In this document: positions 51,862 through 64,000 of the stretch, in pieces
How positions within the stretch are numbered: position 1 is the stretch's first letter
How the letters are laid out: the number at the start of each line of letters is the position of its first letter
Origin: Camelus ferus
Taxonomy: Eukaryota
DNA: 64,000 bases
Direction: 5' to 3'
Assembly: GCF_009834535.1 (NCBI RefSeq)
Contig: NC_045707.1
Span: 59,336,001 to 59,400,000, forward strand
The notes under the pieces: generated by a model
What the model saw: the letters and a program-made list of their open reading frames with translations, nothing else
Databases searched by the model: none
What the model was told of the DNA's origin: nothing
Position numbers and translations under genes: made by a program

Positions 51862-54800
51862 GTAAGCAATTAAAATTATTTAAAAAGCATTGGTAGGTCA
51901 CTTAGTACATATCAGTCAAGGAGGTGTTACATTTCAGCCTCTGTTGTAACTAAGGTGAGGTGAGTGAGTTCAGGTGGAAGTGTTTCTCCATCTTTTAATG
52001 TAGCAAACTATATTGTGCTTCTTCTGGTCATCGCTTAAAAGCATCCTTTAAAGAAATAATCTTTGGATTTGAAATGCAAATAAAAATTATCCACATTTTG
52101 GATAATGAGTGAAAGCATAAAATCATTAACAGAGACAGTTTAGTGGCTTTGTGGGTGTTTTCTGCATGTGTTAATTTGAGGTCATTGAGATAAATTCAGA
52201 AAAAGAAAATTTTCTCTAACACTTTTTCCTAGAAAAAAAAATTGGGGATGATTATTTTCTTAAAGCTATTTATTGAATGTATCTACAGATGTGCTTCATT
52301 TATTCTTGATTGAGGACGTATCTTTAAACTAGGTGGCAAAAATGTGCATTCCCAAAGGTTCTCTAGCTTGAAGAGCAAATAGTCAATACAGGTAAGTTCA
52401 GAAATTCCATCTAATCAGCATCATTAACAGAACACCTGTTATGTTCAAGGCTCTGTGTTACGAACTGAATGCTAAGAACAAAGGTGACAAGACATGACAG
52501 CTAGCTGGCTTCAAGTACCTTACTACCTACCCTTCCTTTCTTAATCTCTCTGTTATAGTTAGAAGTGGACATGTCTGGGTTCTATTAAAGATGCTGTCAA
52601 GGCTTCCTAGTTACCCTCCATCACTATCACATACATAAATACCAGTGTGAAGACAGAAGACAGTTGTACTCTTTCAGTTGCAGCTGAAGCTGGGGGGCTT
52701 CCACATCTTTTCAGAAACTCCTCCCACTGCTTGCAGAGACCCTGCCCAGGGATGCTTACTGCATAAAAGCTGGTGAACTGGATCTTCACACACAGCAGGT
52801 TTGAGACCATCCTGCCCTCCTTGGCAGATACATGGAACCAGCTGCACGTGTTACCATTCACATAAAACCTCTTGCTTTGGGCAGGTTCAAGTAAGGGGTA
52901 GGGCTTTTAAGAGCAGGCTAGGGCCCTGCAGAACACCTGAGGGAACCGTGGCTAATAATCTCTACATGAGATTTTTGTCAACACTACTCATTTGGGCTCT
53001 GGTTCAGCTGCCTCACCCCACCCCTCCCTTCCAGAATACTAGGCTATTTGTACAAGGTCCTTACCTTGTGGGTGGAGATGGAGAAAGTGTCCCTCTGCAG
53101 CAACTCCCAGGTGAAATTTCTATTCCCTATGGCCTAAGGCCAATGTGAGGAACAGAGAAATGTTATCCTTTCGTTTGCACTTACTATGTCCTTAAAGTCA
53201 GCCATTTGTTTACTCGATGCTGTCCTGAGATGTTCAATGGATGTTCAATGCATAGAATAAAAGTCTTATTGTTAGAGGCCACATTTGATTCTTAATCTCT
53301 TTTTAGAAATGTTAAAGCTTACTTAACACATAACTATCACAGTACCACTGCTGTTTCTTTTGGAACAATTAGTGTCCCATACATATTAAATAAGGCATGG
53401 TTTTAACTAACTTGTTCCCTTTGATTGAATAGCAGTGTTGACTCTGGGATTCTAGTTTTTCTTCATTTTAGGTCCCATGTTCTATATGAAGAGTAATACA
53501 AAGTTATTTAATAGAAATTTTTGTAGACCTTCTAAAAATTGGTTACGCTACCTTGTAGGTAGTTAGAATTGTTTGGCCACAAAATCTCTTTTTTTCCTTC
53601 AAATTTACATGGCTTGATTTCCCAATAAATGGTAATGGTTTAAAATTGTTTACAGTATTGCCCGATGACATGTTCAAACTCCTATTCCATTTTTGCCTTA
53701 TTAGTGTTGAGACTGGATCTGCAACTTGACCTTTCTTTGAAATTGATAGTCACACAGTAACTGTAGACTGGATTCTGGCAGTATCAATATTTGCTTGGCT
53801 GGTAAAATGTTTTCCTCTGTTTGCACATGATCTATTTTCTAGTTCTCTGGAGGTCCTGCATATCTTCTGCAATTCATTCTGTGAGAAGGAAATTTCCAGC
53901 ACATACTGCAAATCCACAGTGTCCTGCGGAAATTGCTCCGCTGCGGTTGCCACACCAGCTGGCTCACCTGAAAACTTTCCTCCCCTATTATTCTATGTTA
54001 ATGGCATATAGAAATTTTATTTTCAAGTTTGCAATTAAGATAACATTAGTACCAATTATAATTTTATTTGATAGGATAACTTACTCATTTTACTTAAGAC
54101 TTAATGTGTATTTGGGGTATTAATAATTTCAAATTTTGGAGTGTGCACCATATAATAGACATCTTCTCAAGCTAGTTAATAATAAAATTCTTGGTTGATG
54201 CTGAATAAAGCAAACAGCTAAAGGGCACACTATTTTTTTTTTTAAAAAAGGCTAATTACCGTGTTACATTCGCAAGGGGACTTCTTACAGCATGTTCTCT
54301 ATAGTCAGCCCTGTGGCTTCTTCAGATGAACGAAATTTCTAATAGCAGATAAAAAAAAATGTAGTCAAGGAAATATGATGCTTCAGATCTTGAAAAGAAA
54401 TAATCACTGAACTTTCATATGTAAGAAAAAGAAAGCAAAATATATTACATTTGAGAAATACCTTTATAGGTTTGGGGGTTTGTTGGAAGCCACATTAGCA
54501 ATTAGAATGTTTGGTGAACAGTGAATGTGGGCAAGAAAGATGGGTGGAGAGCCCTGAGGGGTATCTTAACCAGATCAGGAAAAGCACTGCTTTAATCTGT
54601 GGCTTCTATCTCTTAGTTAGTATGCATGTCCATTTTTAATGTATCTGTAGATATTTCTCTTATTCTACTACCTCTAATCTCATAAAACATTCTCTTTTTA
54701 TATTTATATATGTTAATATTATTGATAGGTTTGCAGTGAAGTTCTGACATTCCTCTGGGAGTCATTCTGCTATTTAAAATGTCTTTGGATGCTGATGCTT

Positions 54801-54985
54801 TTTTTTTTTCTTTCAATCTAGAGAAGAGAATTCTTTCTTGTCAGACAAAAGAACAATTTGAGGTGAGATCCTTTTTTATCCAAGTGTAGGATGAGTAAAC
54901 AATTTTTGTCCAGGGACTAAGAAGACATATACATATATAGACATAGATGGAGATTTATGTAATGATATAAAGATATATATGTTCT

Positions 54986-55410
54986 ATTTTTTTTTAATTG
55001 AAGTATAGTTGGTTTACAATATTGTGTTAATTTCTGGTATACAGCACAGTGATTCAGTTATACATATATGTATATAAATATATTCTTTTTCATATTCATT
55101 TTCATTATAGGCTATTATAAGGCTTTGAATATAGTTCCTTGTGCTATAAAGTAGGACCTTGTTGTTTATCTATTTTATATATAGTAGTTAGTATCTGCAA
55201 ACCCAAACTCCTAATTTATCCCTCAACCCACCCTCCCCCGCACTCCCCAGTACCACAATTTTGTTTTCTATGTCTGTGAGTCTGTTTCTGTTTTGTAAAT
55301 AAGTCCTTTTGTCTCATTTTTTTTTTTTTTAGATTCCACATATAAGTGATATCATGTGGTATTTTTCTTTCTCTTTCTGGTTTACTTCACTTAGTGTGGC
55401 CATCCCCGGG
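54986..55410 (-). mobile_element. 5'-truncated L1 3' end
   Basis: Poly(T) followed by 'aattgaagtatagttggtttacaatattgtgttaatttctggt'. Reverse-complement similarity to 4520-4950. Confidence 0.9.
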
Positions 55411-55834
55411 TATACATACAATTACATATATAATGAACTGTCCAGACAGAAAGTAGACACATTTATATTAAGGAATCCATGGTTTCTCACTCAGTGGGTC
55501 ACTGAAATAGTTACAATGAACGACTGTAACCCAACACCTGGAAGTGAGGGGAAAAACCACCAGTGTGGGTCTCTGAGTGAGTTGGAAAAGTTTCAACTCA
55601 AAGCCCTGTGTTGGCGCTGGCACCTGGGAGGACCTGAGCTAGCTGGCTGCCAGGGGAGGCGAGGGTTGTGTTGTCTTACTCACTGGCAGCCCCTGTGCAC
55701 CTGTGGTGGTGATTCAGCTCTTGCAGGCTGTAGTGATAAGCCAGCTCAATTTTTAACTTTAATGGTAATTACCTAAAATTTACCTTTAAAACTGATCATT
55801 TATATAATATTTATATTAAAACTGATCATTTATA

Positions 55835-56200
55835 AGCTGTTTGGAACAGCTTATCTACGTCAATCTTTTTACCTGGAAATTTTTGAAATCTAAGTACAGC
55901 TTCAGTCCTTCTGATGAAAATTTAGTGTCCAAATTGAGACGTGCTGTAAATATACAGTACATGCAGGATTTCAGAGACTTGGCGAAAAAAAGAAAAAAGA
56001 AAAAATGCAAAATGTATTAAAAATCTTATTTAAAAGCATTTTAGCTAGATTATATGTTGAAATGATAATGTTTTTGATATGGTGGGATAATAAAGTGTGT
56101 GCATTATTATAATTAATTTCACCTGTTTCTTTTTACTTTTATTAATAAGGCTACTGGAAGATTTTAAATCACGGATGTGGCTTGAATTCTATTTCTACCA
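55835..56200 (-). mobile_element. hAT Charlie/MER33-family DNA transposon fragment
   Basis: 'ccaaattgagacgtgctgtaaa' and 'aattaatttcacctgtttctttttacttttt...ggctactggaagattttaaat'. Confidence 0.75.
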
Positions 56201-57993
56201 GAATATTGTTAATAGTCTAAAGAGTATGGAGCCTTACAAGTGAGCATCGTTCAGATGAATTTCCCTCCACTAAGAAACCACTGATACCGGCAAAGACTCT
56301 TTCCTAGCTTCTATGCAGAATTTATCTCCAACTACCACGAGCCTGGTTCTGGCTGTTCATTGTGCTTGCTGTTGGCTTCCCAAGTGCCACCAGTACCAGG
56401 TTTCTGGGCAGCACTGCCCTGTCATTGGCTGAATCTCTAGCTCACCAACTGGCTAAGAGCCTGCCCAGTCCCAAATTCCATGGTAACCCGTGAAAGGGCT
56501 GGACTTTACCAAGAAAGCCACTTGCCTAGGAGCTGGGCGGCTGACTCTCAAAGAGATACCGATGCTAGGCAAATGATCATTCCACCACAAAGTATCTATG
56601 TGGAATGTGGTCTCACATCTACATCTTGAACACCACCTTCAAAACTAGCTTACACTTAGCTATTCAGAACACCAGGTTAGGACCAAACCCGACCCAATAC
56701 AACTACCAAAGATACTCATAAGCACTCAGATGCTCTTGGCTGGGCTATGGCTAGACTTCTAGACTTCCTGCTATTCCCCAGGAATATGATTCTCTGGGAA
56801 CTGATAAATACACATTATTGCTAACACAAACTGTGAATGACTCTATTTACCTTGGGTGCATTTTATTATCTGTCAGCATGTTTAGGGTCTAAAATCTAGC
56901 TGAACACAGATGATAGGTTAGTCGATTCTTCCTGGAAAAAAAAATCACAAAACATGACTACGATGCAGATTTTCTGACTCTGAATTTAGTGGCTTTTCCC
57001 TTACGTTATATTCCTTTATAAATGTCACATTAAATGGGTATAAATACATTACGACAGTTGAAAAATAAAAGTTAAACAAAATATAAAATGTCCGCCACAT
57101 CTCTCAAGTTCTATTCTTCTCTACTTGGTCAAGATCTTTCTTGTGGGGAACCATCCCAGAGTGAAAGTCACATCTTCACTTCTCATTTCTACTTTAAGGA
57201 TTCCTATTTTGATCTTTTCAGCCCTCACCTATCTTCTGGGCTCCAGCATTACATTTCCACCTGCTTGGTATATTTGATCTGTTCCCCGCAAAACCCTACA
57301 CACTTAAATTGCTCTGTATATTGCTAAGCTATCTTCAAAACACTTGAAAAGCAGAAAGAAAAAGAAAACTTGGTAGAAAATCTAAAGGGAAAATAAATCC
57401 CAAGAGTGAGGCAGAACTTTGTGCTGGATGACATGAACTCTCAGGTTGTCCTTCTCCTTTTCTGGTCAGTAAACAGCATTCTAATTATTCACCTGGCTTC
57501 CCAGGGAGCTCCACCTGTAAAAGTGGTTCTTCTCAGATGTAAGGCTCTTGTTTAACATAAGCTAAAGTTCAGTTGCTGTCTCCATGTTCAGAAAGGTTTT
57601 TATTCAGTACATGCTTGTTGAGAATGCACTCTATTCGAGGTCCTGAAATTGAACATAAGTGAGACACGAGATACATATGTAGATCTAGAAAAGCAAATAA
57701 CTCACATTCTTGACCTAGTTTGGGGGATCAGAAAGGATTGTCTAAGATAATGGCATGTGAAAATGTATAAGGGCCTTGGGGGAAAACGAAGTAAATTACA
57801 GTAAAAGAACTATTGCTCTAAACTTGGTCTGGGACAAAATACTATTACTTGATATGATTAATAATCTCTTTCTCTGAATAAATTAGAATTGTGGTAAACA
57901 TTTAGTAATTTTCAATAATTGCTTAATTACTTGTGGGACAGATATTTGACTTGGGAAACCATCCACTCACCTGACAGTCCAAAAACTGGGTAT

Positions 57994-58481
57994 ATATGTT
58001 TTTAAATTGAAGTACAGTTGATTTACAATGTTGTGCTAATTTCTGGTGCACAGCATAGTGATTCATTTATATATATATATATTTCTTTTAATATTATTTA
58101 CATATATTATTACATATATATATATAGTTCTTTTAACATTAATTATAGGCCATTACAATGTGTTGAATATAGCTCTTTGTGCTATACAATAGGGCCTTGT
58201 TGTTCATCTATTTTATATACAGCAGTTAGTATATGGCATGATGATCTCCAGGTCCACCCATGTTACTGTAAATGGTATTATTTTATTCTTTTTTATGGCT
58301 GACTATTATTTCATTGTATAAATAGGCTACTTCTTTATGCAGTCATCTGTCGATGGACATTGGGGTTGCTTCCATGTCTTGGCTTGTAAATAGTGCTGTT
58401 ATGAACACTGGGGTGCAGTATTTCTTTGAATTAGAGTTTTCTCTGCATATATGCCCAGGAGTTGGATTGCTGGATCATAGG
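57994..58481 (-). mobile_element. 5'-truncated L1 with an internal deletion
   Basis: 'tttaaattgaagtacagttgatttacaatgttgtg' through 'ggattgctggatcatagg'. TGGGTAT at 57987-57993 and 58482-58488 is a probable TSD. Confidence 0.85.
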
Positions 58482-58852
58482 TGGGTATCATTAAATAAGT
58501 ATTTTGGGGGTCTAATCTATGTTTTCTATAAATGTTTCTACTAGGAGAGAAACCTTTAAATTGGCCTACTGCAGCTTTTTCCCACACATCAAGACTGTAA
58601 TAAAACCTGGACTCATACACATAGCTACATTGTCTGGAAAGTTGTTAATGTCCCAACAATTACTTCTAGGTTCTAGGCTACTGATGAGAGAGCAGTGGGT
58701 AGGGTGAAAAAGGAAGTCAAGGGATAAGCAAAATCCAGATTGAGCAAAGAATTGTTCTTTGACATTAGAACCTTATTCCTAAAAACAAAATGCAAAAGAG
58801 ATGAGGGAGGTAGGTGATCACATTTACATTTTATAAAGATCAATCCTCTATA

Positions 58853-59045
58853 GCAGTGTTACCTGATAGGAATAGAAATATCAAGCAAGTCACAAATATG
58901 AGTGATATTTTAATTGTAAAATTTCCAGTATCCACATTAAAAAAGGAGAAAAGAATCAGGTGAATTAATTTTAATACCATAGTTCATATAACCCAATATA
59001 CTGAAGATATTTTCACTTTAATATGTAATCACCATAAAAATTGTT
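58853..59045 (+). mobile_element. MER33-type hAT fragment
   Basis: 'ccacattaaaaaaggagaaaagaatcaggtgaattaattttaata...aacccaatata'; inverted homology to 56040-56200. Confidence 0.7.
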
Positions 59046-59140
59046 TACTCAGTTGTTCACCAACTTCAGCTCTGCCATACTATTCTAGAATATTCAGGCA
59101 AACTTAAAAAATTCCAGCAATAAAGAAAAGGTGTGTGTAA

Positions 59141-59162
59141 ATATATATATATATATATATAT
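59141..59162. repeat. (AT)11 microsatellite
   Basis: Read directly from the sequence. Confidence 0.9.
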
Positions 59163-59799
59163 TTACAGTTTTATGGAAAACAACTTGAGAACTTTCATTT
59201 CCCTCTAATAAGATTCTAGTTTAGGATGGGCTATGTTTAATTTCTATAGATATGTTTTCTTACTGATAAACTCCTGGGTAACTAAGAGATAATGAATACT
59301 TCATGTGGAGAAGAGATCCTCTAATGATTACTTATCCAGATCATTCCCACAGAACTAAAGAGGAACACTGCATTCAGCGGTGCAATATTTTACCTATTAG
59401 CTGGTGCTCGAGAAAAATCAAAACACTACTGAGTCTTTTTAAACATCTCAACTGATCCAAGACATACACTTAGACATTTTAAGGTGACTTATTTCTTATA
59501 AAAATAACGTTTTTTAATGAAAGTCCAAAGGTCTGAAATAAAGGTATTTGAATTTCCCCAAATGCAAACAAAATTCCCTGGTATTGTTGATTCTGTCAGT
59601 GTCTGAACATCCTGCAGCTACTATTCTGTGGACTTCTCACTGGTCACTCTTTAGTAGAGAACTCAGGTATCCATCAAAATAGGAAGCACAAATCCTATTG
59701 TATAAACTGAGTCCCCTCAGTTTGTGGCCTGAGTCTCAATCTCTTTAACCCCAAGAAAGTTGCCTGACACATCAGGTACACAATAAACACCTGCTGAGC

Positions 59800-60390
59800 A
59801 ACAGTAATAGCTAACACTTCTATGACACTGAAGGTGTGACAGACTCATCCGAGTGCTTTCTGTATTTTAAAACATTCCATCTTCAAAGCCATCTTACGAG
59901 TAGATACTATAATTATCCTACTTTACAGATTAGGATGAAAAGATATAATTTTATTAAGACTCCAATATTACCACGAACACATTTACAAATTGAATCCTGA
60001 GAGACTTTGTTATACAACTGATGTTGTTAATTTATTATAACGACAGTGTAAGTACAGCAGCTAACATTTATTCAGTTTCCTGAGTCCCAGGCATTGTTTT
60101 CAGGGCTTTCCAGATCTAAACTCAATACTCCCAAAAGCCCCTACGAAGTAGGTATCATGAATGTCCCCATGTGATAAATGAAGAAACGGAGTAAAAAGAT
60201 GCATTCTTACAAAAGCCAAAAATATTTAAATACTGTTGACCCTTGAACAACACGGAAACCTGTGAGAAGTGGACATTATTATGCGCATCATTTTATAGGC
60301 GAGGAAACCAGACATAAAGAGTGTGAGTAAACTGGCCAAGGTCACACAGAGAAGGAGGACGGTGTTAGGACTCACACTTAGGCAGCCTGG
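59800..60390 (-). mobile_element. Cluster of three MIR fragments
   Basis: Repeated antisense MIR cores at about 59800-59940, 60050-60190 and 60260-60390 ('ttttataggcgaggaaaccaga...ggccaaggtcacacag'). Confidence 0.6.
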
Positions 60391-61192
60391 TGTTGAACGT
60401 GTCAGAATTACATTAAAGTTTTGTATTCATTCAGCGTTTATCTGTATAAGATGAATTGTGGCAATTTCCCGTATCTCCTAAACTGTGAATGAAGGAACAA
60501 ATAAATGTATCAATTTTAATCCATTATGAATGATTGATCCATTTTTAACTAATACTTCTATTTTGCTCAACAACTGTTCTAAGCAGAAAGTTTTCCTGTT
60601 TGTAGAATTAAAGCCCTACAGATACCACCCGAGTAAACATTCCAATTACTGGGCTAGAGACCAAGTTGCTTTGAAAATAATCCTAATTTTAAAGGGGGCT
60701 CCTTTTCCATTTATAATCTCTATGAAAAATAAACCTCCACCAAAAAAAAAAATTTTGTTTTAAAAGTGTCTTTAGCGCTAAAAGATCAAAAAAGAGTTAA
60801 TGGAATAAAAACAAAGAAACATTTGATGAGTTGCTATAACTAAGTGAATATCAATATTTTATTTTATATTAATTCTTATAATAATTATTATTATTCTTAA
60901 AATAAGATGACTTTTTTATCATTTTGGTAGACTAGTCAGCTTTCTCTAAAAATATTCACTGAATAAATCATTTTCACTTTAAATCATATACCTAGGGCCT
61001 TCAATTCATTTATCTGCTAAAAGCTATGAGGTTTTTTTCTATGAGGAATGTAAAATAAAAATCCCCACACATCCCTATTCATGGCATATGAATAGTGCAA
61101 GCAGTATTATAAAGCTTGATACTTCTAGTGCATAATTATTCAACTTTCTCCATATGTAGACGCCACACCTTGTTGTCAATAAATAATTCCAC

Positions 61193-61198
61193 TTTAAT
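61193..61198 (-). terminator. Distal polyadenylation signal ATTAAA
   Basis: TTTAAT on the + strand. A probable cleavage site lies ~20 nt downstream (~61172-61176), followed by GU-rich 'ggtgtggcgtct'. Confidence 0.7.
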
Positions 61199-61372
61199 GG
61201 CAAAGTAATAATTTAGACAGATACAGGGTGCACATCTGCAAAAAAATATATGCAAGCTGGTTTACAAGCTAGAGGAACAACCGACCAATAGAAAATACAT
61301 CACCCAGTTAAGTCCATTGACACCAAGTACTTATCGCCGGGCTTTACAAAGACTACAAAACTTTCCAGATGA

Positions 61373-61378
61373 TTTATT
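61373..61378 (-). terminator. Candidate alternative polyadenylation signal AATAAA
   Basis: TTTATT on the + strand. Four UGUA motifs lie within ~70 nt upstream and 'gttttgtagtctttgt' lies downstream on the minus strand. Confidence 0.5.
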
Positions 61379-64000
61379 TCACTGTTTCTGTCTATTTACA
61401 TGATATGTTACATCAAAAATGTACAAAATATAAAATGTATACAGACAAATGTTTCACAAACTAGTTTAAGTTGTAAACTAGGTGGACCTACTGGGATGTA
61501 TTGCAGGAACTTCTGTTTATGTTCATGTTTGGACTGTGGTTCTCAAAATGGCAGGGAGGGATTCGCAGTTTTCTTAGATCACGTATGATACAAGGGCAAC
61601 CAGTCACTCGTCCAGCTACATCGTTCGATGTTTCACAACAGGTTTGATGCATGTTTGAGGCTTCAAAGTCAGGGTGACGATTCTGTGTGCATAAATTCAG
61701 TCCGGATTTCCCTTAGGGCAGTAGCACCGTGGACGACCTAGAGACCGAGCGACACTCTGACCACTGGCACAGGTGTCCTGTGCTGTTATTGTTCCACAGC
61801 AACGGACCCGCGGGTGGTCACAGAGAGTAGCACCAATTACGCGCCCTGAAAGTAGCACATTTCCACACGCACAGGACAAGTCTACACCATGGCCTAGCCC
61901 TTGGGTTGAGAGATTTAAAACCTGTCCTCTGTGTGTGCTGGTAACTTCTCCAGTCACTCCCATCAGTTTTCATGCACTCTCTTTAAAGCCTGCCATGACA
62001 GATGCACTTGTAGACATTTTTCACTTTTCTAAAAATGTACTGGCTTCATGGACAGTTTAGAAGCATGCTCACCCTAGCACTGATAGCTCCCGCATAGTCA
62101 GAACAACTGTAAATACAGGACAAACACACCAGATGATAACAGCGTTGAGGGTTGGCATTCTGTATTTGTTTGCAACGTACAGGGACCGATCTCGGCAAGT
62201 GGAACACCTCTTAACACCAACGGGATAAAATACACTTTTTGTTGTTGTTGTTGTATTTGTTTCGATTTGTGCAAGTTTTAAAAAAGATTATTTACAATAC
62301 CTACCCAGTAGACTGTGCAAATCTAACCTTCTTTTACAGTATCAACGCGCCTTCCTCCACAGTGACTTCACCGCTTCAGTGTTCTCGAGTGCTGAATTTC
62401 TCATGTAAAACAACAGCCATCAAAACAACATGCTCAAAACTCATCATAGTTAAAAAAAGAAAAAAAAGAAAAAAACCAACAAAAAGAATAGGGGAGGAAA
62501 GCCAAACAGTTGTGCTCATGCTGTGCCAAATGCTTCCAGCTTTGCTGGATAAGAATGCAAAAATCTCCCACCTTCTGAAACTCTTTTACCTGGATCTGGA
62601 TGGAATTTCGCCACAGGGCTTAGCTTTGAAGTGATGGTCAGAGAGGGTTTCTGGGTGACTTGACTATTTCGGAGGATGGGTAAAGCAATCTATTCCCGAA
62701 GGAAAAAATACTCCTCTTTCTCCTATCCATTTCTTAAAAACAAACAAACAAACAAAAGAATTCGAGCGAGATTAGAGAGAGACAAGGCTACTGTGTTAAC
62801 TGGCGTTGCTGGGTTGGAAAGGAAAAGACCGTGGAAATGAGCAAGGGTTTAAGATTTAAACCAAGTGTTCAACTGTTGTAGAAATCTGTTTTAAGGCAGT
62901 GAGACAGCACCATAGGAAATGTTCCTTCTTGTCACTGAAAAGGCTCAAACAAACAAAGCCCTAAAAAAGCCTTTTGTCAGTGTTGACTAATAATTGGTAT
63001 AAAACTCTTTTTAAGGGAGTGGGCAGGTGGTTTAAAAAGACCACGGTGGTAAAAACAACCTTATAAAACCTGTGACTCAGACACTAAAAAGTTGCTGGAG
63101 CACATCCCGTGAACATGGCAGTTGAGAATTACATTGGCACTTATCCAGATTGCCACAGCAGTGTTTCCCTGGGGGTCACACCTTGCCTTTTGTGCTTCCG
63201 GAGGCCTGGCCTCTGCCTTGCGGAATGGGGGTGAGCACACAACACAAACACTACCGGAGCTCTGAGACCAGCACCGTGTGGCCCAAAGGAGGTTGGACGG
63301 ATCAGAAGAATGGACCCTGCTTGGGGAGAACAGCCCCTCAGAGGAAACAAAAGGAAGGAACGAACAACAACGAAATAAAAAAGGTCTGCATTGTAAACTT
63401 TTAAAGAGGAAAAACATAAAGTCCAGTTTGGCTATCCCGTGTGCAATCTATCAGGTGCCCTGTCCTGAGGGTCCTTTCCAGTTGAGTAATGGAGCCTTAC
63501 ATCACTCCACGGATAGAAAAATGCCTAGAAATAAAAGAAAGTTAAGCTTCCGTGTCCATTTCGCATCTTGGCGGTTCAGACTTAGTTCTGCTGCCTCCTT
63601 GGAGACCATGACTCTGGGTCAGGGCCCTTGACAGGGTGCTTTCATACTGGCAGTGGTTTAGTGAAAATACCTTCTTTTTTAAACTTTTTTTTTTTTTTTT
63701 AAAGCATAGTCATTTCCCCTAACTTTTTCACCCTCTAGAGGGTAGATTCAAGAGAGGAATCCAAAACATCTTCAGGGTGGCTGGCACTATCACTGTCGCA
63801 GCTCTGTGTGCCCGAGTAATTGGCTGCTTCTTGGAGTTTCATTAGCATATTCATCTGAAGAAAGAAAAAGAGACATCGATGGAGGCGATGAGGCATTGAG
63901 GAAGCCAGTTCCAGCAAACACACGGCCCTGAGCCACACTGAGGCACCGTCTCATCCCATCCAAGTGAAACAGGAAAACAATTTTCGACTTTTACGAGTTG

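Larger units (their letters stand above)
61172..64000 (-). other. ZNF704: Distal part of a long 3' UTR (terminal exon) of a minus-strand gene, tentatively ZNF704
   Basis: 2.8 kb with no recognisable repeats, rich in UGUA, U-tracts and miRNA seeds on the minus strand. It ends '...ctgtctaaattattactttgccATTAAAgtggaattatttattgacaa'. The gene name comes from recall of the human mRNA end and was not verified by a search. Confidence 0.55.

Noticed and set aside
53750..53970. Minus-strand ORF (ATAAEQFPQDTVDLQYVLEISF...) after a 'ttttcag' acceptor-like site
   Set aside because: It has no recognisable homology, a non-ATG start, an early stop and no partner exons. It cannot be supported without RNA or BLAST data.
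61697..63938. Short ORFs in the terminal 2.8 kb
   Set aside because: They occur on both strands, lack splice or codon structure, and are interleaved with U-tracts and poly(A) elements, consistent with 3' UTR.
1..64000. Prokaryote-type systems (CRISPR arrays, operons, defence islands)
   Set aside because: The sequence is mammalian, with no repeat-spacer array or gene-dense block.

Overview
Mammalian, repeat-rich and apparently intergenic DNA. It is most likely camelid (alpaca/camel), judged from two tRNA-Ala-derived Vic-1-type SINEs and the L1 3' ends. I see no intact protein-coding exon. The only ORFs with recognisable protein similarity are frameshifted L1 ORF2 C-terminal pieces at 3.4-4.6 kb. 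The last ~2.8 kb (61172-64000) is the distal end of a long, repeat-free minus-strand 3' UTR with a terminal ATTAAA signal. From memory it resembles the end of the ZNF704 mRNA, which I could not verify. The first ~50 kb holds about 12 ERV1-type solo LTRs, many with readable 4-bp target site duplications (TSDs), plus MaLR/MLT1, MLT2/ERVL, L1, L2, MIR, Tigger2 and hAT relics, often nested. The notable structures are: (1) an LTR inserted inside another LTR and flanked by a 55-bp direct repeat instead of a 4-6 bp TSD; (2) a strong CTCF site with the upstream module at 46.5 kb; (3) a collapsed ERVL provirus with a foreign A-tailed insert; (4) a tiny L1 with a probable 3' transduction; (5) clustered miR-19, Pumilio and miR-34 elements in the 3' UTR. 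I found no evidence of a novel multi-gene system. Repeat family names come from recalled consensus sequences, not from a search.
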